64,000 nucleotides of DNA from Candidatus Falkowbacteria bacterium (GCA_003514005.1 DOSJ01000006.1:2281-66280); one strand, 5' to 3'. Shown: positions 1 through 10,591, counted from the stretch's first letter. Translations and numbers: made by a program. Notes: generated by a model not told the origin, from the letters alone.

Positions 1-49
1 AAATGCCAATCTCAATATCAATACTAATAGTAATTGCAATTGTTTTCAT
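1..49 (-). CDS. possible 5' end of a CDS running off the window (MKTIAITISIDIEIGI...)
   Basis: ATG at 49 on the minus strand, open to the window edge; too short to identify. Confidence 0.25.
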   Translation of the reverse strand, partial: MKTIAITISIDIEIGI

Positions 50-168
50 TGGTCTAAAAATAGGACTTTATAAAAAAAAGAATTTTAAAAATTTTCTTTT
101 GTCCGATAAAATGAAAACAAGGATATTAAAGGTAAAAAATTTTGATAATCCGAATGATTAATCCATCT

Positions 169-204
169 AACCCTTGCCAATAATAAAAAGGCAAGGGTTT
201 TTTA
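169..204 (+). terminator. intrinsic terminator-like hairpin
   Basis: AACCCTTGCC-N11-GGCAAGGGTT followed by a T-run. Confidence 0.55.
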
Positions 205-240
205 TTTGAATTAATACTTATTTTTTGCTAAACTATTGCT

Positions 241-1272
241 ATGGATAATATTTTTAAAAAGAAAAAAAACATTGATTTTCAAAGTGATAGTTATCAAGAA
301 AACGGCGAGCCTAATACTCGGGAAGATGTGAATAAATCAGCAGATTCTGATTTTGCGAATTTCAAAGCCGATATCAAATCATATAATGATCCAGAGGGTT
401 TGACTGTGCGCAAAATGAGCATTGGTCTTTGGCTTGTGGCTAATCGGAAAAATTTTCGGATTATACTGACCGGTTTTTTGCTTTTAATCATTTTTATTAC
501 TTGGGGGAATTTTATTTTTACTTTTGGCCGTCATGTTTTTTTTGGAATCAAGCAAGATCAAAAGCTGTTTTCGGAGATGCTTTTGTATAATCAAGATTTA
601 TTCAATTATTTGCAATCCAAGCCTTTGAAAAATTTAATATTTTCAGATGCCGAATCAATCAAGATTGAAGAAGGCCGTTATGATTTTTATATCAAGATCA
701 GCAATCCAAATGAAAAATACTGGGCGCATTTTGATTATGTTTTTTTGGCCGGCAATACAAAGACCCGGCAGGCCAGCGGTTTTATTTTGCCAAATGAAAC
801 TAAATATATTGTTTTGCTTGGCGCGGATATAGAGAATGCCGGCGGTAATCCGTCATTGAAAATCGAACAAATGAATTGGCAAGAAGTTGATTATCATAAA
901 TTTAAAGACTGGGAAAAATTTGCCGCTTACCACCTAAAAATAAACACGGATAATATCCGCTACACGCCGGCGCAAGCCAGTAATCTTTCGGAAAAGATTA
1001 GCATTAACTCTCTGGATTTTAGCGCGACTAACAACACCGCGTATAATTACTGGGATATCGCTTTTGTGGCTTTGCTTTTTAATGACAACCGGATTATCGG
1101 CGTTAATCGCTATGCCGCGAATCGTTTTCTGTCCGGACAAACGCAAAATATCAGCATAACCTGGCCGGAAAATATCGGGCGCGTTTCCAATACCATGGTT
1201 ATTCCGGAAATAGACATTACTCGCGATGATATCTATATTCAATTTGACGGCGGAACCGGTACATCAAAATAA
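241..1272 (+). CDS. hypothetical single-pass membrane protein
   Basis: 343-aa ORF, one hydrophobic segment near residues 73-93, beta-rich C-terminal region. Confidence 0.75.
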   Translation: MDNIFKKKKNIDFQSDSYQENGEPNTREDVNKSADSDFANFKADIKSYNDPEGLTVRKMSIGLWLVANRKNFRIILTGFLLLIIFITWGNFIFTFGRHVFFGIKQDQKLFSEMLLYNQDLFNYLQSKPLKNLIFSDAESIKIEEGRYDFYIKISNPNEKYWAHFDYVFLAGNTKTRQASGFILPNETKYIVLLGADIENAGGNPSLKIEQMNWQEVDYHKFKDWEKFAAYHLKINTDNIRYTPAQASNLSEKISINSLDFSATNNTAYNYWDIAFVALLFNDNRIIGVNRYAANRFLSGQTQNISITWPENIGRVSNTMVIPEIDITRDDIYIQFDGGTGTSK

Positions 1273-1360
1273 TGATTTTATGTTTTTGCTTCTTTAACTC
1301 ATTTTGTGGGTTTTTCAAATCTTTATCGGCCAAAAATCAATTATTTATTTTCAGTCTAAG

Positions 1361-1540
1361 TTGAGACTTGAGAAAAACCTCTTGTCATTCCCGCGCAGGC
1401 GGGAATCTCGGTTTTAAAAAAAACTGATTTTTGAGTTAAAGATTATTTAGCTAATGTTATCAAAAAATATTAAGTTATTTTTAACCAAGATTCCCGCCTG
1501 CGCGGGAATGACAGAAAAAAGAGTTTTTCTCAAGTCTCAA
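1361..1540. mobile_element. MITE-like element with 18-bp terminal inverted repeats enclosing a REP/dRS3-like doublet
   Basis: TTGAGACTTGAGAAAAAC (1361-1378) and its exact complement (1523-1540); inside, TGTCATTCCCGCGCAGGCGGGAATCT (1383-1408) and its complement (1488-1513). Confidence 0.7.
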
Positions 1541-1564
1541 GCTATAGAATGTTTTTAATAATAT

Positions 1565-2671
1565 ATGTTCTATAAGATATTATTATATTTAAAAAATCTT
1601 GACTGGATTATCTTGGCCAGTATTTTTTTGTTGGTGATTTTCGGTTTGGCGGAAATATATAGCATCGCCCTTAGTAACGATAGCTTAGGCTTTTTAAATT
1701 TCAAGAAACAATTGTTTTTTATCATCGTCGGTTTTTTGTTTTTGTTTATCTTTTCTTTGATTGATTATTATAATTTACGCGGTTTTAGCAATTACTTATA
1801 TATTATTAGCGTTATTCTATTAGCGAGCGTCTTATTTTTTGGCAATACGGTGCGCGGAACAACTGGTTGGTTTGATTTGGGATTTTTTCGTTTACAACCG
1901 GTAGAGTTTGTCAAGGTATTTCTTTTGATTTTTTTGGCAAAGTATTTTTCCAATGCTTCAATAAAACTGAATCCCTTGAAGCATATTTTGATTTCCGGCG
2001 CTTGCACGCTTGTCTTGATAGTTTTGATTTTGATGCAGCCGGATTTTGGTTCAGCTTTTTTATTGTTTATGCTATGGGGGATTATGATTTTTGTTGCCGG
2101 ATTTAATAAAAAATATATTATAATGATTGCGGCAACTTTGCTTATCGTGTTTTTGAGCGGTTGGTTTTTTTTCTTTGAAGATTATCAAAAACAAAGGCTT
2201 ATGACATTTTTTAATCCACAAAGCAATCCCTTGGCCGAGGGGTACAATGTTAATCAAGCGATTATTGCCGTAGGATCCGGCGGTTTGACTGGCAGGGGAA
2301 TCGGTTTTGGTTCCCAATCCCAGCTGAAATTTTTGCCGGAAGCGCAAAATGATTTTATTTTTGCCGTAATTGCGGAAGAATTAGGCTTTTTGGGGGTATC
2401 ATTAATAATTTTTTTCTTTGCGGTTTTTTATTTCCGGCTTTTACGTAATGCCTTTAAAATAGGCGATGATTTCGGCATTTTCTTTATAATTGGCGCCTTG
2501 GGCTTGATTTTTATGGAAATGTTTATTAATATAGGAATGAATATCGGTTTACTGCCGGTAGTCGGTATATCCCTGCCTTTTATCAGTTATGGCGGAAGCG
2601 CTATTATCTCTACTTTAATTATAGTAGGCCTTGCCGAAGGCATTATTGCAAGAGCGAGATTAAAAACTTAG
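1565..2671 (+). CDS. rodA: rod shape-determining protein RodA (SEDS family)
   Basis: about 10 TM segments; LQPVEFVK, QPDFGS, AVGSGG..GRG, LPEAQNDFIF, LPFISYGGS motifs. Confidence 0.9.
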   Translation: MFYKILLYLKNLDWIILASIFLLVIFGLAEIYSIALSNDSLGFLNFKKQLFFIIVGFLFLFIFSLIDYYNLRGFSNYLYIISVILLASVLFFGNTVRGTTGWFDLGFFRLQPVEFVKVFLLIFLAKYFSNASIKLNPLKHILISGACTLVLIVLILMQPDFGSAFLLFMLWGIMIFVAGFNKKYIIMIAATLLIVFLSGWFFFFEDYQKQRLMTFFNPQSNPLAEGYNVNQAIIAVGSGGLTGRGIGFGSQSQLKFLPEAQNDFIFAVIAEELGFLGVSLIIFFFAVFYFRLLRNAFKIGDDFGIFFIIGALGLIFMEMFINIGMNIGLLPVVGISLPFISYGGSAIISTLIIVGLAEGIIARARLKT

Positions 2672-2692
2672 GGTATTTTAAAATTTCAATTT

Positions 2693-2786
2693 TTTCGTTT
2701 CTTTCGTATTATTTCGTTATTTTCGTGTATTTATTAAAAACAAGAGACACGAAAATAACGAAAAGATGCGAAATAAACGAAGTAAT
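2693..2786. repeat. palindromic TTCG/CGAA periodic element (9-10-9 spacing), copy 1
   Basis: four TTCG units (C at 2696, 2705, 2715, 2724) mirrored by four CGAA units (2750, 2759, 2769, 2778) around GTGT...GAGACAC. Confidence 0.75.
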
Positions 2787-2822
2787 ATGTTTATATAAAT
2801 TAATTAATTTAAAAATAATCAA

Positions 2823-3494
2823 ATGGTAAAAAAGAAAACACTTGAAGTTCAGACAAGAACTGAAAAAAAAGTTAACTATAAGGATTTACGCAAAGAAGGC
2901 AAGGTGCCTGCGGTGGCTTATGGCAAAAAAATCGAAAATACTAATTTAATCGTTTCCGCGCTTGAGTTGGAAAAAGCTTATGCCGAAGTCGGTAGCGCGC
3001 ATTTGATCGATTTAAAGATTGACGGCAAAGATCCGGTAAAAGCGATTATTAAATTCGTGCAAAAAGATCCACTAAGAAACACGATTACACATGCGGATTT
3101 TTACCGTGTAAATATGCAAGAAAAACTCGAGGTAGAAACCCCTTTGCACTTTATCGGCGAACCGCGCGCGGTAAAAGAATTGGGCGGAGTATTGATTAAA
3201 TCCATGGAATCTTTACTGGTACGTTGTTTGCCAAGCGAGCTTTTGGATTTTATCGAAGTTGATTTGTCAGGATTGGATAGCTTTGAAGCAAGCGTCAAAG
3301 TTTCTGATTTAAAAATTCCGGCAAGTTTCGAATTGATTACACAATCAAACGCACTAGTCGCGAGCGTAGTCGAACCAAAGGTAGCGGTTGAAGAACCGGT
3401 AGTGGCAAAGCCTGTAGCAGAGGCAGACCCAAAAGCCACTAAGGGTGCTGATGGCAAGGAAAAAGTAGATCAAAAGAAAGGCGATAAAAAATAG
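2823..3494 (+). CDS. rplY: 50S ribosomal protein L25 (long CTC type)
   Basis: LRKEGKVPAVAYG, HADFYRV, C-terminal TL5 domain. Confidence 0.93.
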   Translation: MVKKKTLEVQTRTEKKVNYKDLRKEGKVPAVAYGKKIENTNLIVSALELEKAYAEVGSAHLIDLKIDGKDPVKAIIKFVQKDPLRNTITHADFYRVNMQEKLEVETPLHFIGEPRAVKELGGVLIKSMESLLVRCLPSELLDFIEVDLSGLDSFEASVKVSDLKIPASFELITQSNALVASVVEPKVAVEEPVVAKPVAEADPKATKGADGKEKVDQKKGDKK

Positions 3495-3560
3495 TCTGGG
3501 CTTATAAGTTTTACTGTTTTCAATTATTTATTTTTTTGTTAGTATTGTGTTGACTATAAA

Positions 3561-3605
3561 CGAAGACACGAAAATAACGAAAATATACGAATTTAACGAA
3601 GTAAT
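3561..3605. repeat. CGAA periodic element, right arm only
   Basis: GACACGAAAATAACGAAAATATACGAATTTAACGAAGTAAT, nearly identical to 2746-2786. Confidence 0.7.
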
Positions 3606-3626
3606 TTTTTTTGAATTTTTATTTTA

Positions 3627-4808
3627 ATGGATACAAAAGACAATAATCAAGATAAAAATCTTTTGATTAAAATCTCGGATAGCGACATAGCAAAAAGCGA
3701 TACGGAAAAAGATATTTTGAAAGACGAGCTTTTAAAGACAAAACAGAAAATGAAATTCTGGGCGATTATCGGCGCAGCACTATTGTTAACCTCAATAGTG
3801 CTTTCTGTTTTTGTGTATTATTTGCTTGCCGTTGATAATAAGTCTGCAAAAGCATCACAAAAACCTTTATCTTCTCTAGTAAATACAGAAGGCGGAGAAC
3901 CGGCGCTTAATACCGAAAATATGGCTAGGCGTTTGCTTGACGGTGTTTATGTAGAAAAAGGCAAAGAGAATATTTTTCCAATCGCGTTTATGATTGATAA
4001 TCATGTTGACGCCCGTCCACAAGCTGGTTTGGAAAAAGCTCAATTGATAATAGAGGCCGAGGCCGAAGGCGGAATTACGCGCTATCTGGCTGTGTTCGCG
4101 TCTGACGAAGACTTGGAAAAGATCGGCCCGATTAGAAGCGCGCGTCCGTATTTTATTGACTGGGCAAAGGAGCTATCCGCTTTGTACGTCCATGTCGGCG
4201 GCTCTCCGGACGCATTGGCAAAGATGATAAAAGAGAATACACTGCATATCAACGAATTTTATAACGGCGAATATTTTTGGCGCGGTACCGATTTTGTGGC
4301 GCCGCACAATGTTTTTACTTCGCGGGAAAAAATGTCTGAATATTTAGCCGGGAAAGAGTTGGAAACGGGTAAATTCTTTGAATGGAAATTTAAAGATGAT
4401 GCCAAAAAAGAGGATGTCGGCACATCAAGCTCTATCAGTATTGATTATGTAATTCCTGATTATGTGGTTCGCTGGCAATATAAAGCAGATACAAACAACT
4501 ATACTCGTTATCTGGGCGGAAAAAAACATCTGACCGTGAACGATACAGAGCTAATCGCAAAAAATGTTATCATTCAATATGTCAAAGGCGAGGTCTTGGA
4601 CGAAGCCAAGCGCCAGAGCTTTGAACATATCGGCACAGGCAAAGCGTTAGTCTGCTTGGATGGTTTTTGTTACAAAGGAACATGGAAGAAAAAAAGCGCG
4701 GAAGCCCGCACTCGTTTTTATACAGAAAATGATGAAGAATTTGAATTTAATGCCGGAAAAATCTGGGTAGAGGTTGTAAAACCGTGGTATACCGTAAAAA
4801 TAGAGTAA
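3627..4808 (+). CDS. DUF3048 (YerB-like) membrane-anchored protein
   Basis: MIDNH..ARPQAGL, EGGITR, GPIRSAR, APHN motifs; one TM helix. Confidence 0.8.
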   Translation: MDTKDNNQDKNLLIKISDSDIAKSDTEKDILKDELLKTKQKMKFWAIIGAALLLTSIVLSVFVYYLLAVDNKSAKASQKPLSSLVNTEGGEPALNTENMARRLLDGVYVEKGKENIFPIAFMIDNHVDARPQAGLEKAQLIIEAEAEGGITRYLAVFASDEDLEKIGPIRSARPYFIDWAKELSALYVHVGGSPDALAKMIKENTLHINEFYNGEYFWRGTDFVAPHNVFTSREKMSEYLAGKELETGKFFEWKFKDDAKKEDVGTSSSISIDYVIPDYVVRWQYKADTNNYTRYLGGKKHLTVNDTELIAKNVIIQYVKGEVLDEAKRQSFEHIGTGKALVCLDGFCYKGTWKKKSAEARTRFYTENDEEFEFNAGKIWVEVVKPWYTVKIE

Positions 4809-5750
4809 TCAATTGATAGAAATTATAACTAGTCGATAATGACCGCCAAGGTCTTTTTTTATTTCAAAATTCGCTTTTGGTAGTTCTTGTTTGATTAATT
4901 TTGTGATGGATGTTTTTTGGGTGTGGTCGATTTCTAGGATTAGCTGTGTAGCTGGTAGCTGGTAGCATTTAGCTTTTAGGTGGTAACGGATGGAGTTTAT
5001 TTGTTTGAATAATATGCGGTAGTATTTTAGGCCGTCGCTGCCGGCAGTTAGAGCAAGGTGCGGTTCTTTTTGGATGCTTGGGGAATTTTTGATTTGCGTT
5101 GGGGTAAGGTAGGGGAGATTGGCGGTGATTATGATTTGCGATTTATGATTTTCGATTTTCGATTTATTTATAATGTTGATGATTGGATGTAGTAGGTTGC
5201 CTTGGTAAAATTTTATAAATCTATTAACTTTATTTAATTTGGCATTTTTTTTTGCGGTGGCAAGCGCTTTGGATGAAATATCTGATGCGATAAAAGTATA
5301 GTTCGAATTTTCCAATCCGCTATCTAAAATATTTTTAACAATAGCCGTAATAATACACCCGGAACCGGTCCCAATATCAATAAATATTGAATGTTGATTA
5401 TTGAATATTGAATATTTTAATGCTTCTTCAACCATCATCTCCGTTTCTGGTCTTGGAACAAGTACATTATTATTAATAAAAAATTTTAAACCATAAAAGT
5501 ATTTATATTCGGATATGTACGCAAACGGAGTATTGTTTACGCGTTGTTTAACTGCTGTTTTAAATTTTTTAAATTGTAATTGCGATATTTTTTTATTTGG
5601 ATAAGTCAATATATGCTCGCGCTCTTTCTTTAAAATATTGGATAATAAAAGCTCCGCCTCAAAAAGCGGATCTAATATCTTGTTTTTGCTTAATTGTTTC
5701 AAGGCAAATTGCAAAGCTTGTCTAATATTTAGAGAGTCGATTTTATTCAT
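4809..5750 (-). CDS. prmC: release factor glutamine methyltransferase PrmC/HemK, with in-frame heptamer-repeat inserts
   Basis: [37 protein letters not shown]; directly downstream of prfA; start taken at ATG 5750 overlapping the prfA stop. Confidence 0.9.
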   Translation of the reverse strand: MNKIDSLNIRQALQFALKQLSKNKILDPLFEAELLLSNILKKEREHILTYPNKKISQLQFKKFKTAVKQRVNNTPFAYISEYKYFYGLKFFINNNVLVPRPETEMMVEEALKYSIFNNQHSIFIDIGTGSGCIITAIVKNILDSGLENSNYTFIASDISSKALATAKKNAKLNKVNRFIKFYQGNLLHPIINIINKSKIENHKSQIIITANLPYLTPTQIKNSPSIQKEPHLALTAGSDGLKYYRILFKQINSIRYHLKAKCYQLPATQLILEIDHTQKTSITKLIKQELPKANFEIKKDLGGHYRLVIISIN

Positions 5751-6798
5751 TTTGATTTTGCATTTTTTGTATTTCTTCACGCACAGATTTTATGATGTCT
5801 TCAATATAACCATCCATGATCACGGCGATATTGCTCCAATTTTGTTTTATCCGGTGATCTGTTATGCGGTCTTGGGGAAAATTGTATGTGCGGATTTTTT
5901 CCGAACGGTCGCCGGATCCGATCTGGGATTTTCTTTTTGAAGCTTCTTCGTTATGTTGATCTTCTTCTATCTTTGCCAAAAGCCTTGAGCCCAAAACCAA
6001 CATCGCTTTTTCTTTGTTTTGATGTTGATCTTTTTGGTCTTGGCATTGTACGACAAGTCCGGTTGGAATATGCGTTATGCGGATAGCGGAGTTTGTGGTA
6101 TTGACTTTTTGTCCGCCCGGTCCGCTGGCGGCATAGGTGTCAATACGTAAATCTTCGGCACGGATTTCTATGTCTTGTTTTTCCGCTTCTGCTAAAACAG
6201 CCACGGTTGCCGCTGAAGTATGCACCCGGCCTTGTTTTTCGGTTTCCGGCACTCTTTGTACGCGATGGATACCGGCTTCGTATTTTAGTGTTCCGTAAAC
6301 GTCTTTGCCTTTTACCTCAAATACGATTTCTTTAAATCCGCCAATACCGATGCGATTCGAATCAAGAATACTGATTTTCCAGCCCTGCTTTTCCGCAAAA
6401 CGGGAATACATGCGAAAAAGCTCTGCGGCAAACAGAGCAGACTCGTCGCCACCAGTTCCGGCGCGAATTTCCATAATAATATTTTTTTTGTCATTCGGAT
6501 CTTTTGGGTTAAGCTCTGTGTTTATTTCTGAAATTAATTTTTGCTCTTTAGCAGTAAGATTCTCAAGATCAGACTTTATCATGCCAATCAGTTCACTGTC
6601 GGTTTCAGTTTTTAATAGCTCGCTATTATCACTAATTTGTTTGCTAATGTTTTCATATTCTAAAATCAACTCAATCACTGGCTTGAGGTCTGAATGCTTG
6701 CGCGATATTTCAGTATAACGGTTTATGTCCTTTGTAACATCCGGCAATGAAAGTTGTGTGCTTAATTCGTTAAATTGTTCTTTTATATTTTCGTACAT
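5743..6798 (-). CDS. prfA: peptide chain release factor 1
   Basis: GGQ motif (SGPGGQ), RF1-type PxT (VPETE), [10 protein letters not shown]. Confidence 0.97.
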   Translation of the reverse strand: MYENIKEQFNELSTQLSLPDVTKDINRYTEISRKHSDLKPVIELILEYENISKQISDNSELLKTETDSELIGMIKSDLENLTAKEQKLISEINTELNPKDPNDKKNIIMEIRAGTGGDESALFAAELFRMYSRFAEKQGWKISILDSNRIGIGGFKEIVFEVKGKDVYGTLKYEAGIHRVQRVPETEKQGRVHTSAATVAVLAEAEKQDIEIRAEDLRIDTYAASGPGGQKVNTTNSAIRITHIPTGLVVQCQDQKDQHQNKEKAMLVLGSRLLAKIEEDQHNEEASKRKSQIGSGDRSEKIRTYNFPQDRITDHRIKQNWSNIAVIMDGYIEDIIKSVREEIQKMQNQNE

Positions 6799-6895
6799 GG
6801 GTTAGTGATTAGTTAATTAGGGATTAGGGGGGGGGCGAATAAAATTTGGTTTTTCCGATATGTGTACAGATTAATAATAAACTCTGTTCTCCTCT

Positions 6896-7075
6896 TGTCA
6901 TTCCCGCGCAGGCGGGAATCCAGGGGGAAAAGATCTGTGCATTATTAAACCTAATGACGTTTAAAAATATTCGAATCTTTTTCTCCTGGATTCCTGATCC
7001 CCGGCCAGCTCCGCTTGCGGGGCGGGCATTTAATATTTATAACCCTAGCGGGAATATTGTATGTCAGAAATGACA
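6896..7075. repeat. REP/dRS3-like doublet (arm A plus degenerate arm B with extra GC-rich insert)
   Basis: TGTCATTCCCGCGCAGGCGGGAATCCAGG ... CCTGGATTCCTGATC[CCCGGCC...GGGCGGG]CATTTAATATT...TGTCAGAAATGACA. Confidence 0.8.
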
Positions 7076-7092
7076 AAAATGTGGTTATAAAA

Positions 7093-7160
7093 AAACGGTT
7101 ATTTTTATTATGCTTCTTATGATAATTATATCATAATAAACAAAATAAAAATAACCGTTT
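7093..7160. terminator. long hairpin downstream of rpmE
   Basis: 17-bp perfect inverted repeat AAACGGTTATTTTTATT / AATAAAAATAACCGTTT with an inner stem. Confidence 0.5.
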
Positions 7161-7168
7161 TAATATTG

Positions 7169-7483
7169 CTATTTTTTATCAGCTTTTTTCTTTTTGTCTT
7201 TTGTTTCAATCGCGCTGGATTTTACGGCCGCTTTGGCTGCTCTTTTGGCTGTTTTGCCTTTTTTTGTACCGGAAAGTTTTTCAGTCACGTCTTTTTTTGC
7301 ATTAAACTTTTCAACGCGTCTTGCCGCATCTACTAATTTTTGTTTGCCGGTATAAAAAGGATGGCACTTTGAACAAAGCTCGGTTTTTATTTCCGCCAAG
7401 GTGGAGCCGGTTACAAAACTGTTTCCACATGCGCAACTTACGGTAGCATCCGTAAAATATTTCGGGTGAATATCGTTTTTCAT
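7169..7483 (-). CDS. rpmE: 50S ribosomal protein L31 (Zn-binding type, Lys/Ala-rich tail)
   Basis: [25 protein letters not shown]. Confidence 0.96.
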   Translation of the reverse strand: MKNDIHPKYFTDATVSCACGNSFVTGSTLAEIKTELCSKCHPFYTGKQKLVDAARRVEKFNAKKDVTEKLSGTKKGKTAKRAAKAAVKSSAIETKDKKKKADKK

Positions 7484-7619
7484 AAAATTCGTTTATTTTT
7501 ACTATTAAATTTAATTACTTTATTGATGTTATCATATTTGATTAATTTTTGCAAGAGCATATATTTTGTGAAAAATAAAAAATATGTTATAATATAAAAT
7601 GTAATTAAAACATATCCCC

Positions 7620-8429
7620 ATGGCAAAAAATAATAATAAAATTAGCAAAAATAATAAAGTTATAAACTTTATCCACTTCATGCAGAACGAATTCGGCGTG
7701 GGAAGTTTTAATGCTATTAAAAAAACTGAGCGCAAGATTGTTAAAAAAATCAATCGTGAACATCCTGTTGCCAGTGAGAAATTCCATAAAATTGGAAAAT
7801 TAATTGACGAAGCGTTAAAACATTTGCCTGACGAAGAAATTGTTTTCAAGGATCATGATGATAGACATTCAGACGATTGGAAAAAAACACATTCAGAAAT
7901 AAAAGATAAATTGCATAAAGAAAAAAATAATAACACTAGCGGCAAGATGTTGCTCGTTAGTTCCGAGAGAAAATCCGTCGAGAATATCAGTTTTAATTAT
8001 GATTGGAAAACATTGTCATTGGCGGTTTTTTTGTTTTCCATAATTCTGATGAACTGCTTTTTTTGCTTAAAACCACAAGCAGTCATTACGATATTGGCTT
8101 ACGCGGACAAGTTGGTCGCTTCCGAAAAACAGATTATTGAAAATAAACCAGAAAGCACCCTTCAAGTCGCAAAGTTAAATGAAATCGGAATAGGGGAAGC
8201 GGAAATTGCCGAAGCCAAGGCTCGTTTTATAAAAGAAAATCAAGAAAGCCTACGAAATAAAAAAGCGGTTGGCATTAGCGCCAAAGATTTGTTCGGACAA
8301 TTGGCAGATGCTAGTGTAGATGACGTCGTTAGTCAGTCAGATACAGCTAAATCCGGAAAAATTGATAAAATTGTAGATACAATAAAACTATCCTGGATTA
8401 ATTTTTTTAAAGAATTGAATTTAAAATAG
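7620..8429 (+). CDS. hypothetical membrane protein
   Basis: 269-aa ORF, central TM segment, coupled to the next gene. Confidence 0.65.
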   Translation: MAKNNNKISKNNKVINFIHFMQNEFGVGSFNAIKKTERKIVKKINREHPVASEKFHKIGKLIDEALKHLPDEEIVFKDHDDRHSDDWKKTHSEIKDKLHKEKNNNTSGKMLLVSSERKSVENISFNYDWKTLSLAVFLFSIILMNCFFCLKPQAVITILAYADKLVASEKQIIENKPESTLQVAKLNEIGIGEAEIAEAKARFIKENQESLRNKKAVGISAKDLFGQLADASVDDVVSQSDTAKSGKIDKIVDTIKLSWINFFKELNLK

Positions 8430-8432
8430 CCT

Positions 8433-8963
8433 ATGTTAACACAAGAGCGGTCATTGGAAAGAGTTGATGTCATGTCAGTCGCAAGATTTTTGGGGATTGC
8501 CACCGCTTCTAGTCTTATCCCGTTTTATATTCATCTGCAATGGCTTACCGGGCCACTGGTAAATGCGCTTTTAATTATAGCGCTTTTTTTAATCGGCATT
8601 CGGAGCGCTATGGTGTTGTGCGTAATACCCAGTCTAATGGCGTTAGCGGGCGGACTTATACCCGCCGTTCTTGCTCCGGTTGTACCGTTTATTATGCTTA
8701 GCAATATGTTGTTTGTGTTATGCATAGATCGTCTTTACTCATTTTTTAAAAATGACAACCAAGGTTATTGGCTGGGCGTCGCAGTCGGTTCGTTTATAAA
8801 ATTTATTTTTTTGTATTTCAGCGTTTCTTTCATGTCAAAATTGCTGATAAAGCAGGAACTGGCGCAGAAAGTCGCTCAGATGATGAGCTGGCCACAGTTG
8901 GCGACAGCTTTAAGCGGCGGATTAATCGCTTGGGCGGTTTTAAAATGGTTAAAAAGAATATGA
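8433..8963 (+). CDS. ECF transporter S-component-like membrane protein
   Basis: 176 aa, 5-6 TM segments; QWLTGPLVNA, PFIMLSN, WPQLATAL.GG pattern. Confidence 0.65.
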   Translation: MLTQERSLERVDVMSVARFLGIATASSLIPFYIHLQWLTGPLVNALLIIALFLIGIRSAMVLCVIPSLMALAGGLIPAVLAPVVPFIMLSNMLFVLCIDRLYSFFKNDNQGYWLGVAVGSFIKFIFLYFSVSFMSKLLIKQELAQKVAQMMSWPQLATALSGGLIAWAVLKWLKRI

Positions 8964-9123
8964 CTTATTAATATTAAATTAAATTTTATTTTAATATTTT
9001 TTAGTAAATTACATCTCTACTCTTTGGTAAAAAAAGAGTTTTTTTAATTATTTTTTAAAAAATAAGCTAATATTAAATAGTTTTTAATGATAAATAATTA
9101 TATAATAATTAAGCACAAAAGGC

Positions 9124-9152
9124 TTGACTAATGCAAGAATTTATGCTATATT
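9124..9152 (+). promoter_or_regulatory. sigma70-type promoter
   Basis: TTGACT-N17-TATATT with extended -10 TG. Confidence 0.5.
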
Positions 9153-9250
9153 ATGTTTAATTAATTTAACTTAAGAAAATTTGAATTAAAAACTATTTAT
9201 TTTTTATACTGCGAAGCAAGTTGTCCATGCCTTGATACGCTTCAATACAT

Positions 9251-10468
9251 ATGGGAAATGTTTCTATTTTAGATCAAATTATCGATACGCAAAAAGCCGA
9301 GGAGATCGCCCGGTTGGATGCTGTTGAGATAATCGACAATCTTTTTAGCGAGCTGTCAAAGCGCGAGCGCGATGTTATTATCCGGCGCTATGGTTTGCAT
9401 GGCAATGGCAAAGAAACCCTTGAAAGCATCGGTGCCGCGCATGAGCTTACCCGCGAACGCATTCGTCAAATCGAAAGTTCCAGCGTCCGCAAATTACAGC
9501 AACTGAAAAATTTGGATAAATATATCAATAATTTGAAAAAAGTTATTTATCAGCTTTTGGAAGAGCACGGCGGCTTAATGGAAAAAGAATATATGCTGGA
9601 AACTTTGGTTGGTTTTTCTATCAACGGTTTTAAGGTTGAAAGCGAGAACAAAGCAATCCATAAAAATTATTTGAATTTTCTAATCACAAAGCTTTTACAC
9701 AAAGAATTTGAAGAAGGCTCCAGCTCCAAGCATTTTAAAGAATCATACCGCTTGAAATTCAAAGAAATCGATCATCTGCAGGAATTAGCAGAACAGTTGA
9801 TTGAACATATCAAAGAAAGCAAGCGCGTATTCAAAACCGATGAGCTGATCAAAAAAATAATCGAATTCGAAAGCTATATTAAAAATAAAGAAAAATTCTC
9901 TATCCCCGGCAGTATAGATATATCCTGGACCCTGAACCGCGATTTATTTGAAGAAGATGCCGAGTTTATCAACAAGCACAAAATACTGTATTCTATTTTG
10001 CGGGCAGTGAAAAAAATAGAACAGAATAAATTCGGCGATTGGGGGATTCATAATTGGCGAGAAATCAAACCAAAAACCATCAATGACAAAATATATTTAA
10101 TATTCAAATCACATAAAAAGCCGATGCATTTTGTTGAAATCGCCGATCGGATAAACAAAATCGGTTTTGATGCAAAAAAGGCAAATCCCGCTACTGTGCA
10201 TAACGAATTAATCTTGGACGGCAAATACGTCCTGGTGGGCAGGGGATTGTACGGCTTGAAAGAATGGGGATACAAGAACGGGACCGTAGTTAATGTTATT
10301 GAAGAGATTTTTAATGAGAGTGAAAAAGAACTATTAACCCGCGACGAGATTGTTGAAAAAGTTTTGGCAAAAAGAATGGTAAAAAAAGCGACAATAATCC
10401 TGGCGCTTATGAACAAAGACAAATTTGCCAAGGAAGACGGAAAATATCGATTAATAAAAAGTATTTAA
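9251..10468 (+). CDS. sigma-70 region 4 domain protein with C-terminal winged-HTH (HARE-HTH/delta-like) domains
   Basis: LSKRERDVIIRRYGL...TLESIG..LTRERIRQIE; C-terminal PMHF.EIA...TVHNELI....VLVGRG.YGL.EWG. Confidence 0.75.
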   Translation: MGNVSILDQIIDTQKAEEIARLDAVEIIDNLFSELSKRERDVIIRRYGLHGNGKETLESIGAAHELTRERIRQIESSSVRKLQQLKNLDKYINNLKKVIYQLLEEHGGLMEKEYMLETLVGFSINGFKVESENKAIHKNYLNFLITKLLHKEFEEGSSSKHFKESYRLKFKEIDHLQELAEQLIEHIKESKRVFKTDELIKKIIEFESYIKNKEKFSIPGSIDISWTLNRDLFEEDAEFINKHKILYSILRAVKKIEQNKFGDWGIHNWREIKPKTINDKIYLIFKSHKKPMHFVEIADRINKIGFDAKKANPATVHNELILDGKYVLVGRGLYGLKEWGYKNGTVVNVIEEIFNESEKELLTRDEIVEKVLAKRMVKKATIILALMNKDKFAKEDGKYRLIKSI

Positions 10469-10477
10469 AATATTTCA

Positions 10478-10515
10478 AAAACAGCCTTATTAAAATAAGG
10501 CTGTTTTTGTTTTTT
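10478..10515. terminator. bidirectional intrinsic terminator
   Basis: AAAACAGCCTTATT-AA-AATAAGGCTGTTTT between convergent genes. Confidence 0.7.
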
Positions 10516-10591
10516 GTAAATTGAAAAATATTAAAGTTTGAACGTGATTAGTGGTGTGAAGTTCAAGTCTGTGCTGTTCGTTGCTTAACCA

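Noticed and set aside
6846..7073. Short ORFs 6846-7073, 18884-19153 and 27734-27928
   Set aside because: They are translations of REP doublets (VIPAQAGIQ, CHSREGGN, WIPAFAGMT).
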